Shown here piece by piece: positions 16,684 through 26,439 of a stretch of DNA of 29,429 nucleotides. The DNA lies in IMG/VR virus record IMGVR_UViG_2698536379_000013; one strand, 5' to 3'. Numbering within the stretch: position 1 is the first letter of the stretch; each line of letters opens with the position of its first letter. The notes below the pieces were generated by a model, which saw only the letters and a list, made by a program, of their open reading frames with translations, was not told the origin of the DNA and made no database searches. A program made the translations under genes and the position numbers. This DNA is from a virus. Taxonomy: Duplodnaviria > Heunggongvirae > Uroviricota > Caudoviricetes.

Positions 16684-16777
16684 TATATAATAATCTTACT
16701 GATGTAAAACGTTTTTTTACGCTCATCAGCCTGATATGCCTGGTATTATTAAGAGCACGAATTGTTAACCTGCGTAA

Positions 16778-19192
16778 TTAATACAGGTTCCGCCATTTAT
16801 CATCCTCCTGCAGACGCTGGTTCCGATAGAAGATACGCAGGCCTGCTCCTGACGGAATACTGCCGCCGCGAAGGAGTAAATCGACCTCTTTCTCGCTGCC
16901 ATCAAATCCTCTGGACTTCAGTTCATAGACGAGCTGCTGTCGCTGATGATCTGTAATTCGCTGTTTGTAGTCTTTACGCCGTTTCGGTTTAACCAGGCGT
17001 AACCTTGCTGCCAGTTCCCGGCGCTCTTTTTTGCTCATACTGTGCAGGTAATCGTGCAATTCCTTGTCATCCATGCGGGTGATTTCCGTTCTGGTATCCC
17101 CATCAGCTGATTTGTCTTTCCCTTGTTGGTTCAAATTTTCAGCAAGGGGACAGTTATTGCCACGAGTCCAAGGGGCGCAAGCGCCCTGGTCGGCTGCCGC
17201 CTCCTGAACGTCAACGGCCTTACGAACCATTTTCCACTTCACCGCATGAGTGCAGATCTTGCCCTCTGCAATGGGTGACCAGATGCCATAAATACGAATG
17301 CCGTGATCGCCATAGGCGGTCGGCTCTTCGTTGATTTCATAAGCGGTTCTGATCAGGTGATATTTGCGGGGAACCAGTACGCCGCCCTGCTTCATGATGT
17401 AGGTGGCAAAACAACCAGCATCAGCAGCAGCCAGGATTGCATCAAGGCGCGGGTTATCCAGTACCGGCGCACCTGCTTTTTTGTCCCCCTGTTGCCTTGC
17501 CGCCTGACCAGCCAGCAATCGCAGTTCACGGTAAGCCTGACGCCCCGGAATGCCAAAGAAGCGGAATTGCTGAACACGATGCAGAGACGCCCAGGCATTA
17601 ACGTATTCAGCATTATCACGCAGGGATTTCCCCGTTTCCTTGCTGATCTCGCCAGTCAGACCACGCCCGTCAATGTTCTTACTGATGTATTTCGCGATGT
17701 AGCTTGTTGGCGTACCTTTGCGCGGGTTAATCAACTCAGACTTAAAGCGCGGCCCAGTGTTATTGCCCAGCTCCTCGCGGTCTTCACGGATGGCAAACTT
17801 ACGCAGTAATGCAGTGATGGCGCGGCGGTCTTTTTTGCGCATAAAACACAACAGGTGCCAGTGAACTGTACCGTCATGATGCGGCTCAGCCACCCGCACG
17901 CCATACCAGCGCAATCCGGCTTTGTGCATCGCCTTACGAAATGCAGCAAACATGCCGACCAGATAATCACTACTTTGTCTTACCGTCGCATTTGTCCAGG
18001 TTGGGTTGGGCCTGCCGTTATTTAGCGTGGAATGGAAACGTGACGGACAGGTGATGGTGTAGAAAACGGCGCAGTCACCGCGCATTTCCGCGATAAGCTC
18101 CAGACCTTTAACACAGGCCATCATCTCATTGCGGCGATGCGCAGGGTTGCTGCTGCTGGCGTTTACCACATCCTCCATGTCCAGCGTGTCGCCGTCTTCG
18201 TTCACCAGTTCATGAGAACGGAAAAACTCCAGCGACTTACGGCGCTGCTCACGTTTATGCATCACGGCTTCATAGCTGACATAAGGAGATGCTTTTTTGC
18301 TAACCAGGCAGACAGCGCGCAACTGCTCCTCCCGCCATTCGCAACGCATCTTCCATAATTTCCGATACCACCAGTCGGCGCACAACATACGCGCCAGCGA
18401 ACCCGGAATGAGTTCATAGGGCACGGGTTTACGGCGGTTTCTTTTCCGGCGGAGTTGCTCAAACGCAGGTGGGATGACATCCAGACGCAGGGTTTCCGCC
18501 GCCACCCTTTCCCATGTCTTGCGGATTTCTTCTGGCTTAACGTCATCGGTGGCATACAAATCGCCACAAGCTGCATCAAGGCACATGCTCATATGCGCAG
18601 CAACAAGGGTGGACAGGCGTTTCACCTGATCCTGACTCATTTCAGGCAGAATCAGCAGGCCGTCCAGCCCTTCATGGCTTGCCATAAAGCGAAAAGAAGT
18701 GGATAGCTGACTGTCGCGTACATGCTCCAGCCGTTCCAGACATGGCTTAATCGTCTCACGTAAATAGCGGGAATAAGCCTTTGGCCTGCCCTGGCTGCTG
18801 AAGTATTCAATACGTTGCATCAGCGGCTTGCTGATATGGGAAGGCTGGGCGTTGACGTCCGCCAGAATGACCATATCCGGATTAAAACGCTGCTGCTCAT
18901 GCGCCAGCTTTGCCCGACTAATGAGCTTATCCTGTTCCATTTCGCGCTGGACAGGATCACGGGATTCATTAAAGAAATAACGCTCCCAGACCTGATCACT
19001 CAGTGCCTCGCGGCGCAGTTGTTCCTGCTCGTTATCGGCAGCGTACAGAGTGATCAGGTTTGAAAGCGCAGAAACCGGCGCAACTTCCGCCGGGTCCAGA
19101 TAAGGGTTAATGGCCTTTTTCGGGCTGTTCCATGAGAATGCTGCGGCGAACTCGTTAAAGCCGCTGCAGTTGTTCATATCAGCATGGCTCAT
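16778..19192 (-). CDS. Replication initiation endonuclease (P2 gpA-like rolling-circle initiator)
   Basis: Contains the conserved active-site tyrosine motif [13 protein letters not shown] and [11 protein letters not shown]. Start set to ATG 19192, which overlaps the Dam stop (ATGA); the track start at 19219 is TTG. Confidence 0.9.
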   Translation of the reverse strand: MSHADMNNCSGFNEFAAAFSWNSPKKAINPYLDPAEVAPVSALSNLITLYAADNEQEQLRREALSDQVWERYFFNESRDPVQREMEQDKLISRAKLAHEQQRFNPDMVILADVNAQPSHISKPLMQRIEYFSSQGRPKAYSRYLRETIKPCLERLEHVRDSQLSTSFRFMASHEGLDGLLILPEMSQDQVKRLSTLVAAHMSMCLDAACGDLYATDDVKPEEIRKTWERVAAETLRLDVIPPAFEQLRRKRNRRKPVPYELIPGSLARMLCADWWYRKLWKMRCEWREEQLRAVCLVSKKASPYVSYEAVMHKREQRRKSLEFFRSHELVNEDGDTLDMEDVVNASSSNPAHRRNEMMACVKGLELIAEMRGDCAVFYTITCPSRFHSTLNNGRPNPTWTNATVRQSSDYLVGMFAAFRKAMHKAGLRWYGVRVAEPHHDGTVHWHLLCFMRKKDRRAITALLRKFAIREDREELGNNTGPRFKSELINPRKGTPTSYIAKYISKNIDGRGLTGEISKETGKSLRDNAEYVNAWASLHRVQQFRFFGIPGRQAYRELRLLAGQAARQQGDKKAGAPVLDNPRLDAILAAADAGCFATYIMKQGGVLVPRKYHLIRTAYEINEEPTAYGDHGIRIYGIWSPIAEGKICTHAVKWKMVRKAVDVQEAAADQGACAPWTRGNNCPLAENLNQQGKDKSADGDTRTEITRMDDKELHDYLHSMSKKERRELAARLRLVKPKRRKDYKQRITDHQRQQLVYELKSRGFDGSEKEVDLLLRGGSIPSGAGLRIFYRNQRLQEDDKWRNLY

Positions 19193-20046
19193 GCACGCAC
19201 TCCGTACACGACGGAACAATCCACGCCACGCGAAGGATCAAATCCTACCCAGCAGCGCGGCCCGGAAACAGCGATGATTTCTGTTGCAGATTTACTCTCA
19301 CCAGCTGCCACGCCGATGCTGCGTTTTGCCTTGATGTAGTGGTGAGTAAAATTGCGATACAGCGAACGGATCAGGGATGTGTCACTGTTAGAAACAATGA
19401 CCGGATGTCCTTCTGATGACCGATGTTCAAGAACGGATGCCAGGTGATACTGGTCATCTTCAGTGAAGCCGTCAGTGTGATAGCCGGAAAACATACCGTC
19501 ATAAGGCGGATCGCAATACACCACATCCCCCGCCTTCAACATCGCCAGCGTTTCATCAAAGCTGGCGCAGATAAACGTTGCCCGCTGGGCTTTCTCTGCA
19601 AATGCGCGAATTTCTTTTTCAGGGAAATACGGATTTTTATAATTACCGTACGGAATGTTGAAATGCCCGCTCTTGTTATAGCGACATAACCCACGGTAAC
19701 CATGACGATTGAGATACAGGAAATATACCGCTTTCATGAAATCAGTAATTTCAGTGGAGTAATTAAACTCCTGCCTTATGTTGTAATAAGCCACCTCCCT
19801 GTTTGCTTCCTCAAATAAAGCTCTGGCACGAGATATAAACGCCTCGCAATCAGCAGCAACCTTTTTATAGAGGTTGATTAAATCAGGATTAATATCCGCA
19901 ACAAGATAGCTGGGGTAATCCGTCTCCATCATCACAGCACAGGAACCCGCGAAAGGTTCAACCAGTCGCGGGCCAGCAGGAAGATGTTTTTTCAGTTCGG
20001 ACATAATGGCGGTTTTATTTCCCGCCCATTTCAGGATGGTACTCAT
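19189..20046 (-). CDS. dam: DNA adenine methyltransferase (Dam-like, orphan)
   Basis: From ATG 20046 ([11 protein letters not shown]...) with GGAGG SD; FAGSCAV SAM-binding and DPPY catalytic motifs; no adjacent restriction gene. Confidence 0.9.
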   Translation of the reverse strand: MSTILKWAGNKTAIMSELKKHLPAGPRLVEPFAGSCAVMMETDYPSYLVADINPDLINLYKKVAADCEAFISRARALFEEANREVAYYNIRQEFNYSTEITDFMKAVYFLYLNRHGYRGLCRYNKSGHFNIPYGNYKNPYFPEKEIRAFAEKAQRATFICASFDETLAMLKAGDVVYCDPPYDGMFSGYHTDGFTEDDQYHLASVLEHRSSEGHPVIVSNSDTSLIRSLYRNFTHHYIKAKRSIGVAAGESKSATEIIAVSGPRCWVGFDPSRGVDCSVVYGVRA

Positions 20047-20270
20047 ACAACACCTCCGTTGTAATGTTTGCCTTTCAGCTCTGCGATTTCCTGACAGGTA
20101 ATGCAAAGCTGCACTCCAGGAATGGCGCGGCGTCGTGCTGGCGGAATTGGCGCTTCACATTCAATACAAAGCACACGAGACACGCCCGGTGTTTTGGCAC
20201 GGGCAGCACGGATATAGCGCTGGCGTTCTTCTTCAACGCGCTGCTGTACGAGATCCATTGCATCAGCCAT
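20043..20270 (-). CDS. TraR/DksA-type C4 zinc-finger protein
   Basis: 75 aa with CIECEAPI...CITCQ Cys4 pattern; stop overlaps the Dam ATG. Confidence 0.7.
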   Translation of the reverse strand: MADAMDLVQQRVEEERQRYIRAARAKTPGVSRVLCIECEAPIPPARRRAIPGVQLCITCQEIAELKGKHYNGGVV

Positions 20271-20503
20271 TAGTGGATCTCCTGCGCTTCGTTCTGGATT
20301 GCTTCAGCAGTCACACGCAGCAGTTCTGCCGCTTCCACGTGGTTTAGCTGACGGGATGAGATATGACACGCCAGGCTATCAAGGCGAGCTGCCATTGCTT
20401 CAGCCCTTGCCCGGCGTTCTTCCAGACGAGCCTCTGTCAGTAAAATATTAAGCCCTGCATCATCCGGTCCGGTTTTAGTCGTGAGGATTTCAATATTACG
20501 CAT
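20270..20503 (-). CDS. Hypothetical early-region protein
   Basis: 77 aa from ATG 20503 with AGGAG SD 8 nt upstream; stop overlaps the next ATG by 1 nt. Confidence 0.55.
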   Translation of the reverse strand: MRNIEILTTKTGPDDAGLNILLTEARLEERRARAEAMAARLDSLACHISSRQLNHVEAAELLRVTAEAIQNEAQEIH

Positions 20504-20570
20504 AATCAATTCTCCTGAATTTAGATAAAGGGATGCCCGGCGGGTTTACGCCATTAATTTCATTAGTTGG

Positions 20571-20912
20571 TTAATTCGGCATGGTTAGCCGTCTGGGAAA
20601 TAAGCTCACCACCGCACGAAAATGATTCATTGCTTTAATCAGCTCCCGCTTTTCGTCAGTGGTCAGCTCATTAATGCTGATGCTATGACGTTCAGCTGGA
20701 ATTTTTGCCATAAAGAATATAGCAGCCAGTGCCCGTTTATTTTGTTCATTATTGATATCCCGTGGATCACGCATATCTTTAATAAACCGCTCAAGCTCTG
20801 ACTCAATATTCAGGCCAAAAACTTTCGCCCTTAATTCCGCAATATGATTAAGTCCATTCAGGCGTTCACCGGGGCTTAATGGAACAGTCGCCGCAGCGCC
20901 ATTAATTGCCAT
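20571..20912 (-). CDS. Hypothetical early-region protein
   Basis: 113 aa, ATG start; in the early operon between the CII-proximal genes and the replication region. Confidence 0.5.
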   Translation of the reverse strand: MAINGAAATVPLSPGERLNGLNHIAELRAKVFGLNIESELERFIKDMRDPRDINNEQNKRALAAIFFMAKIPAERHSISINELTTDEKRELIKAMNHFRAVVSLFPRRLTMPN

Positions 20913-20934
20913 AATTCATATCCCCAAAACGCAA

Positions 20935-21159
20935 CTATCGTTCTTTGTTCTTACGGTAACGTTCAAGAGGAGATACATTTTTTCGTATCGTCTCTTTAAC
21001 CTGCTCTCCCCGTAAAAACGTCCCATCCTTTAGCGTGAAAAAGTAACTGCCATCGCCCGACAACGACGGATAACAACAGAGCAAATCATCTTCAGGTACT
21101 GAATAACTCTCCCCTCTGTAACGAAACTGATAAACCACTTCACTTTCCGCTGCATACAT
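20935..21159 (-). CDS. Hypothetical small protein
   Basis: 74 aa, ATG with GGAG SD 9 nt upstream. Confidence 0.5.
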   Translation of the reverse strand: MYAAESEVVYQFRYRGESYSVPEDDLLCCYPSLSGDGSYFFTLKDGTFLRGEQVKETIRKNVSPLERYRKNKER

Positions 21160-21326
21160 TTTGACTTTCTCCGTTTCCTCGTGGTCAATTCAGACAGCAA
21201 TTCATCTTGTGAATGACATGGATGCCAGCGTTTACCATCCTCACCCATGATCCAGCCGTGACCGTAGTGCATTGCCGGACTTTGTTTTACCAGCAGCGAT
21301 GCAAATGATGGTTCTTTCGTCAGCAT
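21030..21326 (-). CDS. Hypothetical ORF downstream of cII (overlaps the 74-aa ORF; may be a frame artefact)
   Basis: ATG 21326 with GAGGTG SD; N-terminal two-thirds look protein-like, C-terminal part is Cys/Arg-rich and overlaps the neighbouring ORF by 130 nt. Confidence 0.3.
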   Translation of the reverse strand: MLTKEPSFASLLVKQSPAMHYGHGWIMGEDGKRWHPCHSQDELLSELTTRKRRKSKCMQRKVKWFISFVTEGRVIQYLKMICSVVIRRCRAMAVTFSR

Positions 21327-21333
21327 AAGCACC

Positions 21334-21843
21334 TCACAGCAATCCGAATGAAGCACCGAGGCCAGTCACGGTATCAACTGCACTCGCCATCGCAGGGTTA
21401 GCCTGTAAACGGGCCTGCAATGAAACAGCAGCCAGCGCCATCAGTCGTGTTACAGAGTTAATGCTGCTGATAGCATCACGACGACCTGCACTGGTTTTTA
21501 CATCGCCAGATACCGCACCTGCAGCAACACGCCCGATCTCTGCGGTTGCACTCATGACGTAATGCGGCAGTTTCTCTTTTGCTACCTCATTAATCGGTAC
21601 ACATGGCAGGCAGTGAATCTGTGCCAGAAAACCATCTACCAGCGTTGAATCTTCAGTCAGATCGGTAAGCAGCCAGATTTCTGATGCGGTGAGCTGATGC
21701 GGTTGATCTGGGTTGAGTTTGTTTCGCAGTGTCTGAACATTCATTCCTGCACGTTCTGCCAGCTTCGCCATATTGTGACGTAGTGCAAAAGCTCTACAGG
21801 CTTCATCAAAATGCGGATGTTTGGAAATCTTGTAATCAAACAT
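21334..21843 (-). CDS. CII-like lysogeny establishment activator (186 CII-type)
   Basis: 169 aa, ATG start; strongly resembles recalled 186 CII (MFDYKISKHPHFDEACRAFALRHNMAKLAERAGMNVQTLRNKLNP...LVDGFLAQIHCLPC). Confidence 0.8.
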   Translation of the reverse strand: MFDYKISKHPHFDEACRAFALRHNMAKLAERAGMNVQTLRNKLNPDQPHQLTASEIWLLTDLTEDSTLVDGFLAQIHCLPCVPINEVAKEKLPHYVMSATAEIGRVAAGAVSGDVKTSAGRRDAISSINSVTRLMALAAVSLQARLQANPAMASAVDTVTGLGASFGLL

Positions 21844-21875
21844 GCTGCCCCCTTAGAAAGTTCTCATAATTGAAC

Positions 21876-22124
21876 TTAGTCACCAACGATGACATTAAAG
21901 TTGAAATTGGATTGGCCCATGTTTTTCCTGACTTGTTCCTTTTTGTACTCAAGGTAACGTATACATACTCTGTCTTTCGGTTTTTCTTTTCTTTCCAAGA
22001 ATTTAGCGAGTTTTCCATTATGAATCATTTGATATACCGAACCGCGAGAGCGGCCTTCCCATTCCGCGAACTCAGCTGGTGTCGCCATCACTTTTGGTAC
22101 ACGAATTGAAATGTCGTTGCTCAT
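21876..22124 (-). CDS. Apl/Cox-like excisionase-repressor (HTH)
   Basis: From ATG 22124 (MSNDISIRVPKVMATPAEFAEWEGRSRGSVYQMIHNGKL...), divergent from the repressor gene in the 186 apl position. Confidence 0.65.
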   Translation of the reverse strand: MSNDISIRVPKVMATPAEFAEWEGRSRGSVYQMIHNGKLAKFLERKEKPKDRVCIRYLEYKKEQVRKNMGQSNFNFNVIVGD

Positions 22125-22241
22125 AGTGCAGTATCTCTTAGTTTGTAATCGTATCATCTCGTTTTATGTGGTTTGGTTTTGCTTTTCAAACCATGAATGG
22201 ATATTAAGATCTCATTTTATATGCGTCAGGGGGGTTTGATT
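22125..22241. promoter_or_regulatory. Lysis-lysogeny switch intergenic region (apl/cI promoters and operators)
   Basis: 117-bp AT-rich region between divergent apl-like and cI-like genes; candidate plus-strand promoter TTGCTT(22179-22184)-17-TATTAA(22202-22207). Confidence 0.45.
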
Positions 22242-22874
22242 ATGAGTCTAATCAAGGGTGGAAACGATAGTGGGGGGCGTGATGCCATCAACAGGCTGAT
22301 AAAAGCCTACAATTTCAGCTCACGCCAACAACTCTGCGAACACTTAAAAGTATCTAAAAGCACCATGGCAAACAGATACTTAAGAGATAGCTTTCCAGCA
22401 GAGTGGGTAATTCAATGTGCTCTAGAAACCGGGATCTCGCTTCTTTGGTTGGCAACCGGACAGGGTGATATGTATGCAGATAACTGTGACTCAAACATTC
22501 TCAAAAATGATAATGACGTCACAATTAGACCACTTTCTAAAATCGTAGCTCCCAGTATCAAATACACAGAATTAAGAAATGGTGAACTTCAATCATATGA
22601 CGAAATTTTATTAGATAGCAGGTTGGTTGAGGGCGATTCGTCAAACTATCTATTCATACAAACGACAACAGAAAGTTTTATTGTTGATGTATCTGTAAAA
22701 CAGATCAGTAATGGCTCTTGGCTTGTTGATATTGATGGAGTGAAAAGCATCGTAAAAGTAGCTCGAATTCCCGGAAATAAGCTTGTTGTTCATCAGGAAG
22801 AAACAACCTTTGAATGTGCAGTTGATGACGTAGCCGTTGTAGGGCGTGTGGTAAAAGTGATTAAGAGCATCTAA
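22242..22874 (+). CDS. Immunity repressor CI (186 CI-type, no obvious S24 peptidase motif)
   Basis: HTH segment SRQQLCEHLKVSKSTMANRYL; start set to ATG 22242 (alternatives 22197 and 22221); stop immediately precedes the int ATG. Confidence 0.7.
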   Translation: MSLIKGGNDSGGRDAINRLIKAYNFSSRQQLCEHLKVSKSTMANRYLRDSFPAEWVIQCALETGISLLWLATGQGDMYADNCDSNILKNDNDVTIRPLSKIVAPSIKYTELRNGELQSYDEILLDSRLVEGDSSNYLFIQTTTESFIVDVSVKQISNGSWLVDIDGVKSIVKVARIPGNKLVVHQEETTFECAVDDVAVVGRVVKVIKSI

Positions 22875-22876
22875 TA

Positions 22877-23902
22877 ATGACGATCAGAAAACAGCCGAAC
22901 GGAAAGTGGTTGTGTGAATGCTACCCAAACGGGCGAGATGGCAAACGCGTACGTAAACAATTTGCGACAAAAGGCGAAGCCATTGCGTTTGAACGTTTCA
23001 CAATGGAAGAAGTGAACAAAAAACCGTGGCTGGGGGAAAAGGAAGATCGGCGACATTTGTCAGAAGTGATTGAACAATGGTACTCACTTTACGGGCAGAC
23101 GCTTGCTGACCCCAAACGCCTGATGGCGAAACTTAAAATTATCTGTAATGGTCTGGGCGATCCCATCGCTTCAGAACTGACCGCCGGTGATTTTACGAAA
23201 TACCGGGAAGCACGGCTAAAGGGTGAAGTGCGAAATGAAGATGGCGCGCTTATGTCGCCTGTTAAGCCCCGCACGGTAAATCTTGAACAACGCAACCTGT
23301 CATCGGTTTTTGGCACACTGAAAAAGCTGGGACACTGGTCAGCACCAAACCCACTGGCAGGACTTCCTACATTTAAAATTGCTGAAGGTGAGCTGGCCTT
23401 TCTTTCCATGGACGAAATCAAGCGCCTGTTGGATGCCTGCGCAGATTCTCAAAGCCCCAGCCTGCTGATGATTGCAAAAATATGCCTGGCCACCGGAGCA
23501 CGCTGGAGTGAAGCAGAAAATCTGCAGGGACACCAGTTGTCAAAATACCGCATCACATACACCAAGACGAAGGGCAAGAAAAACCGTACCGTGCCAATAT
23601 CTCAGGATCTGTATGACGAACTTCCCAAAAATAGAGGGAAATTATTCACACCATGCAGAAAAGCCTTTGAGCGGGCAGTAAAGCGGGCCGGTATCGAACT
23701 GCCAGAAGGACAATGCACCCACGTGCTACGCCATACATTCGCCAGCCACTTTATGATGAATGGCGGTAATATACTTGTGCTTAAAGAAATTTTAGGCCAT
23801 ACCGATATAAAAATGACCATGATTTATGCTCATTTCGCACCAGAGCATCTTGAAGATGCGGTGACAAAAAATCCTTTAGCCACTCTTTTTTCTACTAATT
23901 AA
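22877..23902 (+). CDS. int: Tyrosine integrase (P2/186-type)
   Basis: 341 aa with C-terminal catalytic region HVLRHTFASHF...LGHTDIKMTMIYAHF; adjacent to the repressor gene and upstream of the att core. Confidence 0.95.
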   Translation: MTIRKQPNGKWLCECYPNGRDGKRVRKQFATKGEAIAFERFTMEEVNKKPWLGEKEDRRHLSEVIEQWYSLYGQTLADPKRLMAKLKIICNGLGDPIASELTAGDFTKYREARLKGEVRNEDGALMSPVKPRTVNLEQRNLSSVFGTLKKLGHWSAPNPLAGLPTFKIAEGELAFLSMDEIKRLLDACADSQSPSLLMIAKICLATGARWSEAENLQGHQLSKYRITYTKTKGKKNRTVPISQDLYDELPKNRGKLFTPCRKAFERAVKRAGIELPEGQCTHVLRHTFASHFMMNGGNILVLKEILGHTDIKMTMIYAHFAPEHLEDAVTKNPLATLFSTN

Positions 23903-23914
23903 AAGGTAATTATT

Positions 23915-24811
23915 ATGACAGAGCTCTACCTTTTAGATCGAAACATAATTGATCTAATGAATAAGCACAACAATTCTTCTAATATCCCAGAACCTAATAG
24001 AATTGATATGCTTAATAAATTAAAAGCATTAGATATCAAAGGAAATACTTTCTCACCTTTACTATCAATAATAGAAGGAAAAACCCATAAAAAACTTGAC
24101 AGTAACGGCAAATTAGAAATCATAAAAACACCTAATAAAAAAATAAGAAAATTAATTATAGAGGATAGTGAAATTGTAAAATCATTTATTAAAGAAGCTA
24201 ACACTGATTATGATTTCCTAACATCCAATGTAAATAAACTATCAAAAATAATATATGAAAAAGAAACTGACAGATTAATAGATAAAAAAACAAAATTCCT
24301 TGATAAGCTACAAGAAAAAATAGGGGAAACAAAGAAAGTAGAACAACGAGAGAATACATATTATGAGTTTAAAGAGATAGTAAACGAGTTTAATGAATTT
24401 AAAAACCAACCGTTTACAATTGTAGCTCTGATGTATATCTTTGGAAGCCAACGAGCTGAGAAGATATTAAAATTTAAAAGTAAAAATTTTTCATCTTATA
24501 ACCCAATTGCTGATTTTAATCATTACAAAACCACTATCCAACTTAGATTTGATGATAGATTAAAAGATAATGCAAACATACATTTTATTTCACTTGATTC
24601 AGATATTGAATTTATACAGCAACTTTTTCATCCTAATAATGCTAAAATTAGTAGTTCAACAAACTACACTAATACTTTAGCTATTGAGTGGACAATTAAT
24701 AAAAATTTTCTACAGAGTGAAATACCGGAAACAAAGGGCGAACTCAACAATCAAGAATTGTTTTACTCATGCTTTCAAGACTTGTATGGGTACGATGCCC
24801 GCGTGTCTTAA
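23915..24811 (+). CDS. Hypothetical protein (AT-rich cargo between int and att); N-terminus resembles a PIN-domain first strand
   Basis: 298 aa, ATG 12 nt after the int stop with AAGG SD. N-terminal MTELYLLDRNIIDLM resembles the h-h-D-T-N-h-h motif that opens PIN nucleases (inference from a single motif). Very AT-rich, Lys/Asn-rich. Confidence 0.6.
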   Translation: MTELYLLDRNIIDLMNKHNNSSNIPEPNRIDMLNKLKALDIKGNTFSPLLSIIEGKTHKKLDSNGKLEIIKTPNKKIRKLIIEDSEIVKSFIKEANTDYDFLTSNVNKLSKIIYEKETDRLIDKKTKFLDKLQEKIGETKKVEQRENTYYEFKEIVNEFNEFKNQPFTIVALMYIFGSQRAEKILKFKSKNFSSYNPIADFNHYKTTIQLRFDDRLKDNANIHFISLDSDIEFIQQLFHPNNAKISSSTNYTNTLAIEWTINKNFLQSEIPETKGELNNQELFYSCFQDLYGYDARVS

Positions 24812-24961
24812 CAACAGGTGATAAATAGCAGACTTAATACCTACAATGTGGCGGCATTTTGGCGGCAGAACATTAAAAAAGCGTAAAACGGACAAACACA
24901 AAATAACAATAACAGACTGATTTTAAACGAAACTTAATGTTTTTGTTATGGTAAAAATGGT

Positions 24962-25006
24962 ATGTAGGAATTTCGGACGCGGGTTCAACTCCCGCCAGCT
25001 CCACCA
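24962..25006 (+). ncRNA. ssrA: ssrA (tmRNA) 3-prime terminal fragment, about 45 nt: prophage attachment core
   Basis: ATGTAGGAATTTCGGACGCGGGTTCAACTCCCGCCAGCTCCACCA matches the recalled 3-prime end of enterobacterial tmRNA; upstream sequence is unrelated AT-rich DNA, so this is a partial copy. Confidence 0.75.
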
Positions 25007-25042
25007 CTTTTTAGTTGTTTGAAGTACAATGAAGTCTACTAA

Positions 25043-25074
25043 GCCCGCACAGCACAAGCTCTGCGGGCTTTTTT
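25043..25074 (+). terminator. Rho-independent terminator downstream of the ssrA fragment
   Basis: Stem gcccgca/tgcgggc (25043-25049 and 25062-25068) followed by TTTTTT (25069-25074). Confidence 0.6.
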
Positions 25075-25171
25075 ACGTCTATTGTCGTCCAGTGAGAATT
25101 GCTGAGAACTACGAGTTATGGCACCCTGAATGAGACCCACTAAGAAGGGTCCAAAAACCGAGGGTCCCAAA

Positions 25172-26401
25172 ATGGCAAAAATCGCTAAGAAGCTCACTGA
25201 CACTGAAATCAAAAGCACCAAGCCAGCCGACAAAGAAATCAACTTGTTTGACGGAGATGGTTTGATACTACGAATCGCTCCCCTCTCGAAAGGAGGAAAG
25301 AAGAATTGGTATTTCAGGTATGCAGTGCCAGTGAGTAAAAAAAGAACCAAAATGAGCCTTGGGACCTATCCTCACCTTACACTGGCAAGAGCCAGAGCCT
25401 TACGTGATGAATATCTTTCCTTTCTGGCAAATGGTGTTGATCCACAAATCCATAACAACGATAAGGCGAAGGCATTAAAGAGTGCTACTGAGCACACTCT
25501 CCAAGCCGTAGCGCGGAAATGGTTAGATGAGAAGGTAAAGACATCAGGTATCTCACAAGACCATGCAGCAGACATCTGGCGCAGCTTAGAGAGAAATGTC
25601 TTTCCTGGTCTGGGTAATGTCCCTATCAATGAGATCCGGCCTAAGCTCTTAAAACAACACCTTGATCCTATTAAGCAACGAGGCGTATTGGAAACTCTAC
25701 GCCGTATCATTTCACGTCTGAATGAAATCTTCAGGTGGGCAGCTACTGAAGAACTTATTGAGTTCAACCCGGCTGACAACCTTGGTCAAAGATTCAGTAA
25801 ACCAAAAAAGCAAAATATGCCTGCCCTTCCCCCAAGCGAATTGCCAAGGTTTATGGAATCTTTGACGAATGCGTCAATCCGGTTGGAAACACGTATGCTA
25901 ATTGAATGGCAATTGTTGACATGGGTTCGTCCGGGTGAAGCCGTTCGCGCAAGATGGTCTGATATTGATACAACCAACAGCATTTGGAACATTCCTGCTG
26001 ATTTCATGAAAATGAAAAAGCCTCACAAAGTTCCTTTGAGTAAAGAAGCTTTGCGCATCCTTGAATTAATGAAATCAATAAGTGGGCATAGAGAATGGGT
26101 TTTCCCCAGCATTAAAGCGCCTCTTAATCATATGCATGAACAAACAGCCAACGCAGCTATCATCCGAATGGGGTTCGGAGGCGAGCTTGTAGCTCACGGT
26201 ATGCGTTCTATTGCGCGAACAGCGGCAGAGGAGTCTGGTAAATTCAGAGCTGAAGTTCTTGAGGCAGCGCTTGCCCACTCGAAAAAAGATGAAATTATCG
26301 CAGCATACAATCGTGCAGAATATCTGATAGAGCGACAGAGTTTGATGCAATGGTGGAGTGATTACGTTCAAGCTCAAAGATCAAATGCTCTGGTAGCCTA
26401 A
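25172..26401 (+). CDS. intA: Tyrosine integrase, IntA (CP4-57)-like
   Basis: From ATG 25172 (MAKIAKKLTDTEIK...) with GAGGG SD; resembles recalled E. coli IntA (LTDTEIK, DIWRSLERNVFP, ALETLRR, AALAH, MQWW). Confidence 0.85.
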   Translation: MAKIAKKLTDTEIKSTKPADKEINLFDGDGLILRIAPLSKGGKKNWYFRYAVPVSKKRTKMSLGTYPHLTLARARALRDEYLSFLANGVDPQIHNNDKAKALKSATEHTLQAVARKWLDEKVKTSGISQDHAADIWRSLERNVFPGLGNVPINEIRPKLLKQHLDPIKQRGVLETLRRIISRLNEIFRWAATEELIEFNPADNLGQRFSKPKKQNMPALPPSELPRFMESLTNASIRLETRMLIEWQLLTWVRPGEAVRARWSDIDTTNSIWNIPADFMKMKKPHKVPLSKEALRILELMKSISGHREWVFPSIKAPLNHMHEQTANAAIIRMGFGGELVAHGMRSIARTAAEESGKFRAEVLEAALAHSKKDEIIAAYNRAEYLIERQSLMQWWSDYVQAQRSNALVA

Positions 26402-26439
26402 GTATCAGAATAGCTAATATAATCCTGAAGGTAAAGAAA

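Larger units (their letters stand above)
1..25006. mobile_element. P2/186-family (Fels-2-like) prophage, partial; left end beyond window, right end at ssrA-derived att core
   Basis: Contiguous P2-type morphogenesis module (H,I,J,W,V,S,R,lysis,X,L,M,N,O / P,Q), rolling-circle initiator A, 186-type CII/Apl/CI, tyrosine integrase, then a 45-nt ssrA 3-prime fragment. Homologies are from recalled P2/186 protein sequences, not a search. Confidence 0.85.

Noticed and set aside
4270-20106. N-terminal extensions of several ORF-track entries (J to 4308, V to 5298, L to 8664, A to 19219, Dam to 20106)
   Set aside because: The extended starts are GTG/TTG codons without SD support, and the extensions are not shared with the recalled P2 homologues; internal ATG starts with SD or stop/start overlap were preferred.
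24812-25006. Complete ssrA/tmRNA gene
   Set aside because: Only the terminal ~45 nt match tmRNA; the preceding sequence is AT-rich and unrelated, so this is an att-site fragment.
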